Of a stretch of 64,000 nucleotides of DNA, positions 49,937 to 62,224 are shown piece by piece (the stretch's first letter is position 1; each line of letters starts with the position of its first letter). A model generated the notes under the pieces. It was not told where the DNA came from. It searched no databases and worked only from the letters and a program-made list of their open reading frames with translations. The stretch is from Lytechinus pictus (Eukaryota): NCBI RefSeq assembly GCF_037042905.1, contig NC_087250.1, positions 19,656,001 through 19,720,000 on the forward strand. Direction: 5' to 3'. Made by a program: the position numbers and the translations under genes.

Positions 49937-50388
49937 TTAGTTGACTTTCTGGCTCCTCTTGAGTAGTCACCATTCATTGGACAGCTTGTTTTTATCCAAG
50001 TCTGTATAGCACGAGGCAGCTTAATCTGTAGAAAAAAAAACACATACCATTACGATAACATGAACAACATAAAAATACAAGAAAAAAGGTGTTTTGCCCC
50101 CATCTAGATCTCTTTTCACAAGTACATATCTATCGGATAATGAGGTCCTTGCGGCTATCTCTCTTAGCATATTCTTGCTTATAAAAGCAAACTAAGCCGA
50201 AGAGTGACAAACAATTTATAATGCAAACAAATTGTCATAAGCACATATTGAAACTCTTTAATAAAACAATGAAGAATAAATCTACATCTTCTAACAAGGA
50301 TTACACTGTATGCCACTGCATGAATACAATCTGCTTAATTTTGTAATTATAATATCTACTGAAGTGAATGCCTATACTGTATAATCAC

Positions 50389-50508
50389 CTTTTATGAACT
50401 CCAACCGTGTCTTGTACAAGAACATGGCCTTTTCTGTGTACACCTGTAGTATCTTTCCCACATAATGCTGGACTTGCTGCTCGATCATCCAGAGATCCCT
50501 CTTTGAAT
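50389..50508 (-). other. Internal exon of a putative spliced transcript (with ~51716-51790 and 50025 onward)
   Basis: Acceptor TTTCATTAAAG, donor AG|GTGATT, 120 nt; two of three frames open (one reads DSKRDLWMIEQQVQHYVGKILQVYTEKAMFLYKTRLEFIK); next acceptor TTTTTTCTACAG at 50026. Confidence 0.5.
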
Positions 50509-50686
50509 CTTTAATGAAATGAAATGAATTTGAGTGACATAGTAAAATTTTATTTGCAGGTTAATACAAATACATGATGTAATAAAAATACATGATAAAA
50601 CTTCTTCATTTCCATATTTCAGTGTTACAATTCAGGTGCAAAGAGTCATATTCTTTAATAATATTCAACATAAAATCAATGAAAAC

Positions 50687-51673
50687 TAGTGCTGTTGTCG
50701 ATAGGCCTCATATCGACATTGATGTCGACATACGAAGGATTTTCAAAATTCCGACATGTCGACATGCACGCACCCACATCGACATGTAAACATAAAATAA
50801 AAAGGGGTCTAGCCTACAATCACGAGTGTAAAGATTAGCTGAAAAGTTAGAAGCATTTATCCACAGTAATTGGCGCGATTAAAAGGTTTATTCAGCTTAG
50901 CAGCGCATTAAATGAAAAAAGAATATCTGCGAGCTGTGCGGCAGTAGAAATAAGTCAGTGCAGGGCCGGCCTGCCCGATCGAGCCGCCCTCGATATCCCG
51001 TTATAGCGAGAGTAGCATTCACCGTACCCATCCACGGAAATATGTACCCATCGCGCGCTATTCACCGTGCTTGATAATACGTTGCTCCTCAATGCATTAC
51101 TTTTCACATAAACGTGAGCAGCAGCGAACACGTGTTTTTGTCAAAGTTGTGACTGCCGCAATTGAGCGCTTACTTCATATCACGAAGTCACAGAAAACTT
51201 CCCTTCATTCGTTTGGAGATCGTTGCACGGATCGCCGCGGAAGTGATACTGAAATTATCGGTCGATTTTCATTACTTTTCATTGTCAAATTGAGGAGCTT
51301 GCGTTTGCAGCAATGATCACTGTTGTAATTGGTGATTCTCAAATTGGCTACGAGTGTTATTGAGCAATGCTTTCGAAACCGGATCCTGGTACAAAAACTT
51401 GATTCTCCAGAAAAAAAATGTGGATTAAATCGGTGATTTTGGAAGCTCAATTCCCGAACTGAGCCTGTATTATATAGATCTAGTGTGGGGATATCACTCG
51501 TGTCAAGGTGAATATATTTGATTGAGAGTGTTGTTCCACGATCGAATGCTTTTTTTTTATGTTAGGGAGCCCAGGCTAAATTACGGTCCCTTTTTCATGT
51601 CGACATTGTCGATGTCGGGATTAATTTTTAAGCGACATGTCGACATGGATTTTTGTTCCCGACAACAGCACTA
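50687..51673. mobile_element. hAT non-autonomous element
   Basis: TAGTGCTGTTGTCG ... CGACAACAGCACTA; TSD ATGAAAAC (50679-50686, 51674-51681); CGACAT subterminal motifs. Confidence 0.9.
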
Positions 51674-52141
51674 ATGAAAACATTAAAAGTAGAGGAGCAT
51701 TTTAACCTTACTCACAGTCTGTTATTGTCGCTAAAGTCTTTACAATAAGAAGATTGGGCACTTTGCCGACATCGCGTAATGCTTTGCATCGATTTACATG
51801 TATAATAGTCTTTGTGCCTAGTCTTTTCTATGTAGTGTCTTTGATATGTAGATAAAACATGCGTCCTTTAGCTAGTTAGACGAACAATTTTGGAAATTAA
51901 AGACGGATCCATATTTTATCAACCGGAAGAGAAATTAGTGCTTAAATGAAGCTATTTGAGGGATATTGATGATATTTAGGGTGAATTGACTTCACATCTT
52001 TTCGTAAGTTTGTCATGTTCATAGAAGGCCGGACTTGATTTTATAGAAACCTCTTTTAAATTTGTGGGATTGCCTACCTCGAGTGAAGTTTGTGCAGGCT
52101 CCACTCCACTTCACTATTGCTACACTACGCTCCACCTACCC

Positions 52142-52679
52142 AAACTTTGAGACCGTGAACTGGATCTGTCCGATCTGATATTCCGAGTGACAAAAAGTGG
52201 GATCTTATGGGGGGGGATATCAAATTCATGCAACATCACGCTCTTTAAAAAAATTAAAACTAATATTCTTCCTGCACACAAAGTTTCAGTTCTTCTCCAT
52301 GCCTCTATCCGTCTCAAAATTGATGATTTAGAGCCAACATGAAGTTTCTCACACGTATCAATATTCAATACATCGCATGCGTGTGAGGTCGGTCGGGTCA
52401 GACCAGGCCCGGTATCTCGCGAATATTGCATCCGCATGCAATGTTTTGAAATCGGCAGCGAATTATAAATATGTGTGAGGAACTTCATGTTGGCTCTAAA
52501 TCACCAATTTTGAGACTGATAAAAGCATGGAACTAAATGAAACTTTGTGTAAAGTAAGAATATTAGTTTTAATTCTTTTTAAAAATCAAGATGTTGCATG
52601 AATTTTATATTCCCCACCCCCATAAAATCCCACCTCTGTCACTCAGAATATCAGATCGAGTTCATGGTCTCGAAGTTCG
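52142..52679. repeat. Diverged ~200-bp inverted repeat around a CpG-rich spacer
   Basis: 52142-52345 mirrors 52480-52679 (GATCTGATATTC.GAGTGACA / TGTCACTC.GAATATCAGATC). Confidence 0.75.
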
Positions 52680-52699
52680 CGTCTGTAACGTTGGCGAAG

Positions 52700-54710
52700 A
52701 ACAATAGAAAACAAGATGGCGGCGTAAACATCGGGCAAGTCTCTTCCGTCTAATCATGATATTTTTCGCATTTTTTGGAATGAATTTCTTCTTCAAAAAT
52801 AACGACGAGAGCGTAGAAATGTTGGAAATTAAGTTTTATCCCATGTACATGATTTAGGTCTAACGTTAGGCTAGATCTTTTAGAAGGAAAGTAGAAATCT
52901 CGGGGCCGGGGGTGAAAGTTTCAAGTTTTGGCTTCCTCTGTGTGGGTATATGAGAAAGGATCCCTGGCTTCATATGAGAGTGACCTTACGAAGTTACGTT
53001 AGTAAATGATTTTCACTCTCTAGAAGCCGCCTGGCTAGGCCTACAGCCATTCCCGATCACGATATTTTGAAAAGTGGTGGATATATTGACTTCAAATGTG
53101 ACTGAGAGACTTGTCATGACATTTGGGAACAAATATTGGTGATGAGGTATGCTGGTATTAATCTAGACCAAAAGCTTCGGTCTCTGTTATGTTGGTTGTT
53201 ACGCTGAACTACGTTGGCTCCACTCACCAAATACATAGACCGAAGTTAAACCGTCGTCTGTACAGGGGCTCAATGGCCACCGCTAATTTCTTGTTTTTCT
53301 CCTCGATACCGCGATATTTTCCACCAAAAGTTCATACATATGCAGCTATAGCTGAAAATGTATAAGTAACGACAGTTTCTTACCCTAAATTCCCGCTTTA
53401 AAACTGGCAATCAGGGGATTAACTCTGAAAGTTGACACTTGCGACTCGGACTAGTGGGCAGCCATCTTGGTAACGACGAAAGTCAGACTCCGCCCCATGA
53501 CCTTTACGTCACACATTATAATTACAGAAGGAGAAAAGAAAGGAGCAGTTAAAGAAACAAAAGAAAAAAGGGGAAATAAAAAATAAAAAAAGAACAGTAA
53601 AACAAAAAAGAGAGAAAACGAAAGAGAAAGAGATAAAGGAAAAGGAAAAAAAAACATCTAGAATTTCAGTATTCATAAACCCGACGTAAAAGAGATGATC
53701 TGATTGGCCAACGGTTTCGATAAGCAGTTGACCCGGAAGTTCTTCCCACCGGCATATGTTTGTGTACAATATCGACTTCGGAGGAACGAGTGAATTGGGA
53801 GCTACACGACAGCCGAGGTAAGTCACTGTTTTTGTTCATTTTAAATTGAGTTTTTACCACTTTAATGGCAATTAATGCCAAGAGGGAATCTCAAGCTTCA
53901 TTTTGGTAAGCTTCTTTTTATATTTAGTTCTATCATATAAACAAAAATCGATGAGCCCCGTCGGGGGGATTTTACGTTGTACCTCCCCTAATGGCGGCGG
54001 CACGCTAGCGAGCCGTCTGTGTATGAGGAGAAATTAAAAAAATCAAAAAATGTTGAAAAACTCCTCGAAACAGACGGCTGCCAGCTGTCTAGTATTAATC
54101 GGCCGGTGCGAAACTGCATTAGCGTCCACCCCTGACCTGGCTACAATCATGACAATACAAACATCCTCACCGCCGCCATCAATATACTACTAACTTAGCC
54201 AGCCGTTGGCCGTCCCCGGCCGCGCACACCGTAGTCTAGTTCTAGACGATATTAAACGAATTTATTTGCACCGATATATACGTTCTATTCCGTGCGTACG
54301 CCCAGCCGAGTGTGCGCGCAAAACCGAGAACCTGTACTCCGAGGAAATAAATTCGTTTAATATCGTCTAGAACTAGACTACGCACACCGCAGATCAGCCC
54401 CCACCCGATAAGCGATCGGGAACAACGGCAGTGCAGTGGCCGTACGGTAATGATTAAAAAGTCGAAGAAATTTAAGTGCATGCCGCGCCAAACTACGAAA
54501 AATGGATCTAACTTACTGTTTAGCCTGTTGTGTGAATGTCTTAAGAAGTCGTTGTCCGAATCTGATCCATATTCTGTTAGTTTTTGTTGAAATATTGACG
54601 GCCTTCTTCATCAAGCTTCGGGTTCAGCTGAGCAGTTACGAACGTTTTTTTTCAAATGGCGGAACCGGAAACACGTATACGGTACAGTCCGTGCGTTTGT
54701 ACGGGGAGCT
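52700..54710. promoter_or_regulatory. CpG-rich region with clustered promoter-type motifs
   Basis: YY1-like CAAGATGGCGGC (52712), GCCATCTTG (53461), AAATGGCGG (54654); ATTGG (53703); ETS CCGGAAGT (53733); donor GAG|GTAAGT (53818). Confidence 0.45.
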
Positions 54711-55937
54711 CGGAGGGGGGGGGGGGGTCTTACTTTTTACTTGGCAACCAGACAATTTGACTATTTTCGCCATCATTTATATATCATATTATTAACGTAA
54801 AGGAATTGAATAAAGTAAAATTCAAATATTTATTTCTTCTTCCTTTCTTTTTCTTTTCTATGTCTTTTAATTTTTTTCTTTCTCTTTATTCTTTTTTTTA
54901 ATATAAGGATAGGATTTAAAAACATGTCTCACAATTTTACTGAAAATATGTTATATAGGCCTACTAGTATGCAAGTAGGATGACAAAGAAAGCAATGAGG
55001 AAAATCACAGCTCCAATCCTATGTATTTTTAATTTTATTTCTTTTCAAAAACACACATTTTATCCTTTCTTGCGATCGAAGGAAAGATCCCTTTATAAGG
55101 TTCAAGTAGTAAAAGAAAATAATCTTAGATCAAGTGCCGGCAGGGTATTTTGATAAGGGGTGGAGGAGCAAGACAAGCAAATATAAAGATACCATTTTGA
55201 AGCGAAACATAAGAAAAGATAATAACTTTGCCAACGAGGTAAAAAATAATATGATATCGGTTGTGACACTTTAAGGATGGAAAATAGTTTGAAAATATAT
55301 AGATACAAACTTCATACAAATTAGAAAAAAAGAAGCAAAATAAACTGCCATCATATGTGAACAGAGATACAAGATTGTTCTTGCAATTAAAAAACATATT
55401 TACAAACTATATATAGCTTCGCATCATAAAAATAGATTGAAAATATCCAAATTTATTTGATTTAAAAAGAAATAGATATAAACCAGCCTGGCTAACATAT
55501 CCCCTGTCCCCTCTGGGATTTCCGCCCTTGCGGGTTGAAGATATCACATCCCCACTATCCTGTTTCTTGTGTTATTACATGGAATCAAAATTGTTTATTT
55601 TTTTCATACCAGTGTGAATGATATGTCTCCCTTATAATGAAATAAGTTGCAGCAAAGAATATCTAATAGACTAAATCAGTTGTCAATTCAACTGTTTTTT
55701 TGGTTCTTGAAGGGAAAATATCAAATAAACCTAATTTTATATAATAAAATACAAAAGAACAATTGGGGATATGACATCATCAGTTTGCTCACTGAATATT
55801 AATGAAGACATGCTTAAAACTGTTTCACCGGAATAATGCTAATCTTTAAAATGCAATAACTTTGATATTCCTTGTCGGATTTTGATCAAATCTTTATTCT
55901 TATGTTCGCCTGATTTCTCTTAATCTGTTCAAACCAT

Positions 55938-56530
55938 CCCTGATAGCAGAAACTGGTAAATATGACGTCATAATTACGTCAGTTTAACGACGAGTGTCAC
56001 GTCATTTTGACGTCGTAACATGACGTCTTATTGACGGGATCTTGCACCCGCGAATAACGTCATTATGACGTCGTATATTGACGTCATTATGACGTCTCCA
56101 AGAGTGACTACGACGTCTTAATGACGTCTTAGCAACGTTTTTACAACGTTTTCCTGACCAGTATCAAGGGTCAGATTGACGTCGTGTATTGACGTGATTA
56201 TGACGTCTTCGAGAGTCAACAACGACGTCTTAATGACATCCGTGCAACGTGTTCCTGACCGGTTTTAGACGTCATATTGATGTAATTATGACGTCTTTAA
56301 AAGTCATCTACGACGTCTTAATGACAACTTTGCGACGTATTCCTGACCAGTTTCAGACGTCATATTGATGTAATTATGACGTCTTTATAAGTCAACTACG
56401 ACGTCTGAATGACGACTTTGCAACATATTGCTGACTAGTAATAGACGTCATATTGACGTCGCATATTGAAATGAATATGACGTCTTTTGGAGTCAACTAT
56501 GATATCTTAACGTATTCTGACGTGATAATG
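55938..56530 (+). repeat. Probable left end of a large DNA transposon with GACGTC-rich subterminal repeats
   Basis: Starts CCCTGATAGCAG, truncating another repeat; ~88-bp degenerate units dense in GACGTC; partner end not in window. Confidence 0.6.
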
Positions 56531-57068
56531 ACCTAAACATTAAATTCTACATGCAATGTACATTCACTTCAAAGACCTTGTCATTGAGGATTATCTATAT
56601 TTGGTGAATACTGAGGTGGTCTGACAATGTCCAGCATTCCCAGTAACAATATAATGATCCTCCATGCCAGGGCCTTGCATAACTTGTCTCGGTCTCAAGA
56701 ACATGACCCCCCCCCCCTCGAAAGGGAATATACAAAAATGGAAAACGAAATCAAAAACATGTACGCATTTCAATTACGAAATCGTGGCAAATATTCTATT
56801 AATAAATAAAAGTTGCATAACATATTACCAGCAAAAAAAAAAGGAATACAAAATGTTGAAAACTCTAAATAGATTGAAAAAAAAAACACTTTTCTATGAA
56901 AATGCAGTATTAGGGTCAAAGGAATGAAATTACAATGTTTGTTATACCAATACATACAATTGTACATGTATAAATACATGTATACATTAATACATAACAG
57001 AGGCATAATGATCTCAAAGAATAAAGCTTTTTCGTTGAAATTGTAATTAAATATACCTTCAACTTTAG

Positions 57069-58370
57069 ACAACTATGTAATGTAGGTAAAAATATACTGT
57101 ATGTAAAAAAAAAATACCCGAGTTGGAATAGTTTCAGGATTTATGGAAGCTCGCATTTGGGTGAAAGAATCATACATGTACATTAATTCTTATGAAATGT
57201 TTGGGTTGTATTACACTATCACTTAGGGCCAGGGGTAAAAGACAGTAGTTGCAGCAAACAATTATTTCTTCGGAAAGTCTTTTAAATTAAGGTTAATTGT
57301 CAAAATATTGTACATAATCTAGATCTGGGCCCTGTCTTACAAAGAGTTACGATTGATCCGATCAATCATAACTCTATGGAAATCCATCAGTGTCATAATT
57401 TTTTTCTACGAAAAATTTGCACAATGTCCTTTGTATGCAAAGAGAAACGCAGCGAATTTTTGAGAAAACAATGAATGCATGAACATACATCATAGCTAGA
57501 AAATATTTTGAACAAACATGCTTAATAGATATTAACGTTGCTGACCGTCCATAGTTGCGATTGATCGGATCAATCATAACTCTTTGTAAGACGGGGCCCT
57601 GGTAAATTAATGTAAACTTGTATCTTTGTAAAATCATGAATTTTGATCTTAAAATCAATAATTCTGATGATCACTAACACAGAAAAGCATATGTGGGACA
57701 GGACAGTGTATTATGATTGATTTGAAAAATACCAGACGTTTGATAGAATTACATGCTTATTTTGCTCATTTCTCAGCAATTACACATTTTCTTCCCGAGC
57801 TTTTTGGCACACATCTTTTATATATACATACACTTTGCTGGTAACTCTGTTGGATTCTGTTCGAACTCATTTTAAGATAGTTACTACTAGAGGTGCGCTA
57901 TTAACTTAAGGCAACTATGTAATGTACATGTAGGAAAAAATATACTGTATGTAAAAAAAAAAAATACCTGAGTTGCAAAGTTTTCAGGATTTATGGAAGC
58001 TTGCATTTGGGTGAAAGAATCATGCATCAATAAGTCTGATGAAAATAGTTTGTGGAACTGTTGTATTACACTATCACTTAGAAGGAAAAGACAGTAGTTG
58101 CAGCAAACAATTATTTCTTGAGAAAATCTATAAAATCAAAGTTAATTGTCAATATATTGTACATAATCTACATCTGGTACATTAATGTAAACTTGTATCT
58201 TTGTAAAATCATGAATTTTTAAACTTAAAATCGATAATTCTGATGATCGCTGTAAACACAGAAAAGCATATGTGGGACAGTGTATTATAATCGATTCGAA
58301 AAATACCTGACATTTGATAGAATTACATGCTTATTTTGCTCATTTCTCAGCAATTACGCATTTTCTTCCC
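57069..58370 (+). repeat. Direct tandem duplication of a ~0.5 kb unit
   Basis: CAACTATGTAATGTA...AAAATATACTGTATG at ~57070 and ~57912, collinear through GCTCATTTCTCAGCAATTAC. Confidence 0.85.
57328..57598. mobile_element. MITE with CTG TSD
   Basis: CTG|GGCCCTGTCTTACAAAGAG ... CTCTTTGTAAGACGGGGCC|CTG; empty site at 58174-58176 in the duplicate. Confidence 0.92.
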
Positions 58371-58707
58371 TACATGTAGCTACGTAGGCTTTTTATGTGA
58401 GCTGAGAGATTTCATACCAGATTTCCTTAGCTTGATAAAGTTCTTATGATAGTCTGTGTATCAGCATAGTATGTGTTCAGTGTTTTGAACCCACTGGAGA
58501 TTGTGCATCATATCTTTATGTATGGAAGTCATTTTGCATCTGCGGTCTCCATGGTTTTTTCAGGATCTATGTGTTGACTAGACCAGTCCCATATTGATAT
58601 TTTCGTGCTGTGTCACTTTGGAAGGCCGTCTCTAATTGGTTGACTGGTGAGTTGGCAGATGCACAGCCCATCCCACTTTTCAATTATATCATTACGTAAT
58701 CTCTAAC

Positions 58708-59324
58708 ATGTCTAAGATATCCACCAGATCAAGAGGCCGCTTGCACTCGGCTAACGCATGTACACAATCCTCTGCTTCATCATTAACTGGATCTAAACAA
58801 AGCCCAGCATACCTAGATCATATTGATACAGTCGTTCAAAGAGCGGTGGCCGTGGCAATGGAACGCGAGAGACAAAAACTCAATGATGACATGGATAAGC
58901 ACGAAAATAAATTGCGTGAAATTCTTGATGAAAAGCTCACTAGTCTACACGTTCTTGAAATATCTATCGATACTAAATTGAAGCAACTCCGTGATTTTGA
59001 AAAATCGGTTTCTGATAACACGACTAACACCATAATGCTTTGTCAAATAGGCTTGACCACATCGAGCAGTACTCCTGTCGCAATAATATCCGTATCCGTA
59101 TGAGATTGTTCGAAATGTAGCAAAGCAGATTGGTATCGATCTTACTCCATGTGACATTGATCGATCCCATCACCTTTGCCGACCAACTAGCAGTCATGAT
59201 GTTCAACCCAAAGGATCATACCCCGGCGTGGCCCTGTAATGCCAACTTAGCAGCTCCACCAATCAATGTGAAATTCACTTCATACAGGCCGAAACAAACG
59301 ATGATGAAAAATAGAGGAAAATGA
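58708..59324 (+). pseudogene. Disrupted ORF1 of a CR1/L2-clade LINE (coiled coil plus L1-ORF1-type RRM)
   Basis: Coiled-coil segment, then across frameshifts RLDHIEQYSCRNNIRI, IGIDLTPCDIDRSH and PPINVKFTSYR, matching the EQYSRRNNLRI / IDRSHR / IIVKF motifs; no ORF2 follows. Confidence 0.8.
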
Positions 59325-59582
59325 AAATGCTCAGGAACAGATGACTGGGTGCAGGCAGGCAAGGCAGTTCAGGTGGGATGAAAATTTATTGGCAGGACAC
59401 CTTCCGTTTCAAATTACAGCATCTGCAGAAATAACAGAAGAGGAGAAACATAAAAACTTTTTCTACATAAACTATTCATTAATCTTCATTAAAAACTAGA
59501 TGGTTTCAATATTAATTTCCAATTTATTTTAAATGATTTGGGGTTTGTTACATATTTTATACTTCAAATATTAACATGTTAA

Positions 59583-60175
59583 AGGAGAATGAAACTCTTG
59601 GAGCAAGTTAGCTTTTGTGAAAGCAGAAAAATCAAAGAATAAGATCAACAAAACTTTGAGTAAAATAGGACTAGCAATAAAAGAGTTATGAGCATTTGAA
59701 TGTCGAGATCACTAATGCTATGGAGATCCTCCCATTGGCAATGCGACCAAGATCTGTGATGTCACACACGTACAACTCTCCCATTTGGACACTGAAAATA
59801 TACCCCAAAACATCTCTTTTTGCTCATTCTAATCATATGACAAACGATTCATCAATGATATAATGTTGTGAAACCTCTGTACTTGTCATCTCATAAAGAG
59901 AACACCTCACCTTGTGATAGACTCTATAAAAGTGAGAATATAAGTGAAATTAAGTACTAAAGTAATGAGGGAGTTGTTACAGTTGTACGTGTGTGATATC
60001 ACAGATCTTGGTCGCATTGCCGTTGGGAGGATCTACATGGCACTAGTGATCTCAATATTCGAATGCTCACAACTTTCTTATTATTCATTCAATCTTCCTC
60101 AAACTTTCAACAATATGTTTCTTTGATTTTTCTCTTTGATATGGATTCAGCTGGTTTCAAGGGTTTCATTCTCCT
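59583..60175. mobile_element. Kolobok-like MITE
   Basis: TTAA|AGGAGAATGAAAC ... GTTTCATTCTCCT|TTAA with long imperfect arms. Confidence 0.88.
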
Positions 60176-61078
60176 TTAAGTCAAGTCGGGGGGGGGGGGG
60201 GGGCATGATGCCCTCAAGACCTTTAACCATCTCTGTATAAGGAAGGAAATTTTAGAATCAATTTATTTGACACATAAAACATATTATTTTTTTATAATTA
60301 CAATTTTAATTCATGCCTTTTTTATGTGTTTTAAATGGTTATGGGGTAACCAGGACTGTCAGGACCGAGAATTCGAACTTCGAGGCTGAAATACAGCCAT
60401 TCCCTATGCCTGATTTGGCTTAAATTCAGGTCAAGGATCAATTAAATATATATTTTGCAAAAAAAATTTTGAGGTGGAATTAGTTTTCTGGCATCGCGAG
60501 ATCGACCAATGCAAAATTTTATTAGCGCCAATTTACCATCTAAACTTGTCATTGAAATTAGAACGTCCAAACCGATCTAGTACCAGTACTAGCACAATGA
60601 ATCAATCAGCTATGCATGTGCACCAATTCTGTATTTCTTGCATACGTACGTCACTCGAGTTAAAGTTCATGTCATTGCGTTATATAGCGTGGGAATTGTA
60701 AGAAAGTGATCCTTCAAAATTTTTACCTTCCAACAATTAACATTTTTTAAGCCTTTGTATGCATTTAGAGTACAAAAGCTTACAAATTGGACAAATTAAA
60801 TGTTTGCCCCAAAATTATTGTGGAAGGGTGGATTTTCTAGGGAAATCCATCTTAGTGTACAAAGTTCTACAGGCAACAGAGACTTGTCTAGGCTCCGTGA
60901 ATGAAAATACAATGAAAAAATATCACAGAGTCCTCGAAGTACAGTCAGGACCATTAACAGATTATAAGGTGCCCCGAGTTTGTGCACACCCAAATCTGCG
61001 TGATTCTGATAATAGAGATTCCCAATGATCCCCCCCCCCAAAAAAAAAAAAAGGCTTTACATCTGAAATAGCCTTCTA

Positions 61079-61268
61079 ACTTACCTACTGCCCGATGCCT
61101 CCTATCATGTAGGGCAGCAACGAAGGATCTCCACTCCTGGCATCCAGCGATTCTGGGCCTTCTTCTGGAAACTCCCCCAGGCCAGGTCATATTCACTGAC
61201 TTCATCTCCTCCTCAACTCCTCATGTGTGACACCGAGACAGGTGGTTTTGTGTCTCCCTCTCTTTCTC
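61079..61268 (-). mobile_element. 3' end of an RTE-clade LINE
   Basis: Frameshifted RKRGRHKTT...VEEEMKSVNMTW..GEFQKKAQNR..QEWRSFVAALHDRRH, then a TAAG-like tail remnant. Confidence 0.8.
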
Positions 61269-61367
61269 CTGAAATGTCAAACAGATCTATTCATTAAAAA
61301 TCTTACTCAAAATGGTGCTTTTGGTAGAAAAATAATGAATATAGGGCATTTCATGTGACGGCCTTAA

Positions 61368-62151
61368 CCCTTATTAAACTGGGGGGGGGGTCAATTTGAC
61401 CCCCCCCCTCAACAAATTTCATCACTACGCTGTCGCGCAAAAAATTTTGATCGCGCCGCTCACTGACTTTTTACTTTCAAGTCTCGCGCAAATTTTGAGA
61501 CCAAATTTGTGACGCCCGGTTACGCGGTTACGACATTACGCAACATTATGTAAGTGCATGTCAGACCCAAAATTGCTCATAAACATGATTTCATGTACAA
61601 ATCCAATGCAAATTGTGTATTTAGCCAAAATTCATAAATTTATCATTATTTCTACTTTTAGTGATTAAACTTAATTAATTTTGCCTTGTTTATGATTAGA
61701 ATTAAGTCTAGAACGATTTCCATCGAAAATACAATAAAAAACAAAAAATGTAAAAAAACAAAGAAATAGCCTACATGATTAAAAAAAAAATAAAATAGGC
61801 CTACATAAGAAATCGGTCTTGGTACCAGATTTTTTTTCATTCACAATTGTTAGGAATGCTATAAAGAATATTTTCACCCCAAAAATATCATTCTAGCTTT
61901 ATTTAGTGAATCAGAGCAAAAAGTATGATTTCATGAATAAATTAGCATAATTAATTCATATAAAATAAAAAAATATGAATTCAGTGAAATTTACCAATGC
62001 AACTACGTAGATTACGTCATTCTCTACCATCATGCAAATTTTCGTTGTGATCGTGCAATCCACGGCCGAGATCTTATAAGGGGGGGGGCAATAATACCCC
62101 CCCCCCCCCCCCGGGAATGACAAGAATCAAAATACCCCGGTAGATTTAGGA
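61368..62151. mobile_element. piggyBac-like non-autonomous element
   Basis: TTAA|CCCTTATTAAACTGGGG ... CCCCGGTAGATTTAGG..TTAA. Confidence 0.7.
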
Positions 62152-62224
62152 TTTAAAAAATTGTCAGTACGGTATATCATCGAGGATCTACATAGTCAGA
62201 TAGTAGTACATGTAGATCTGGTAC

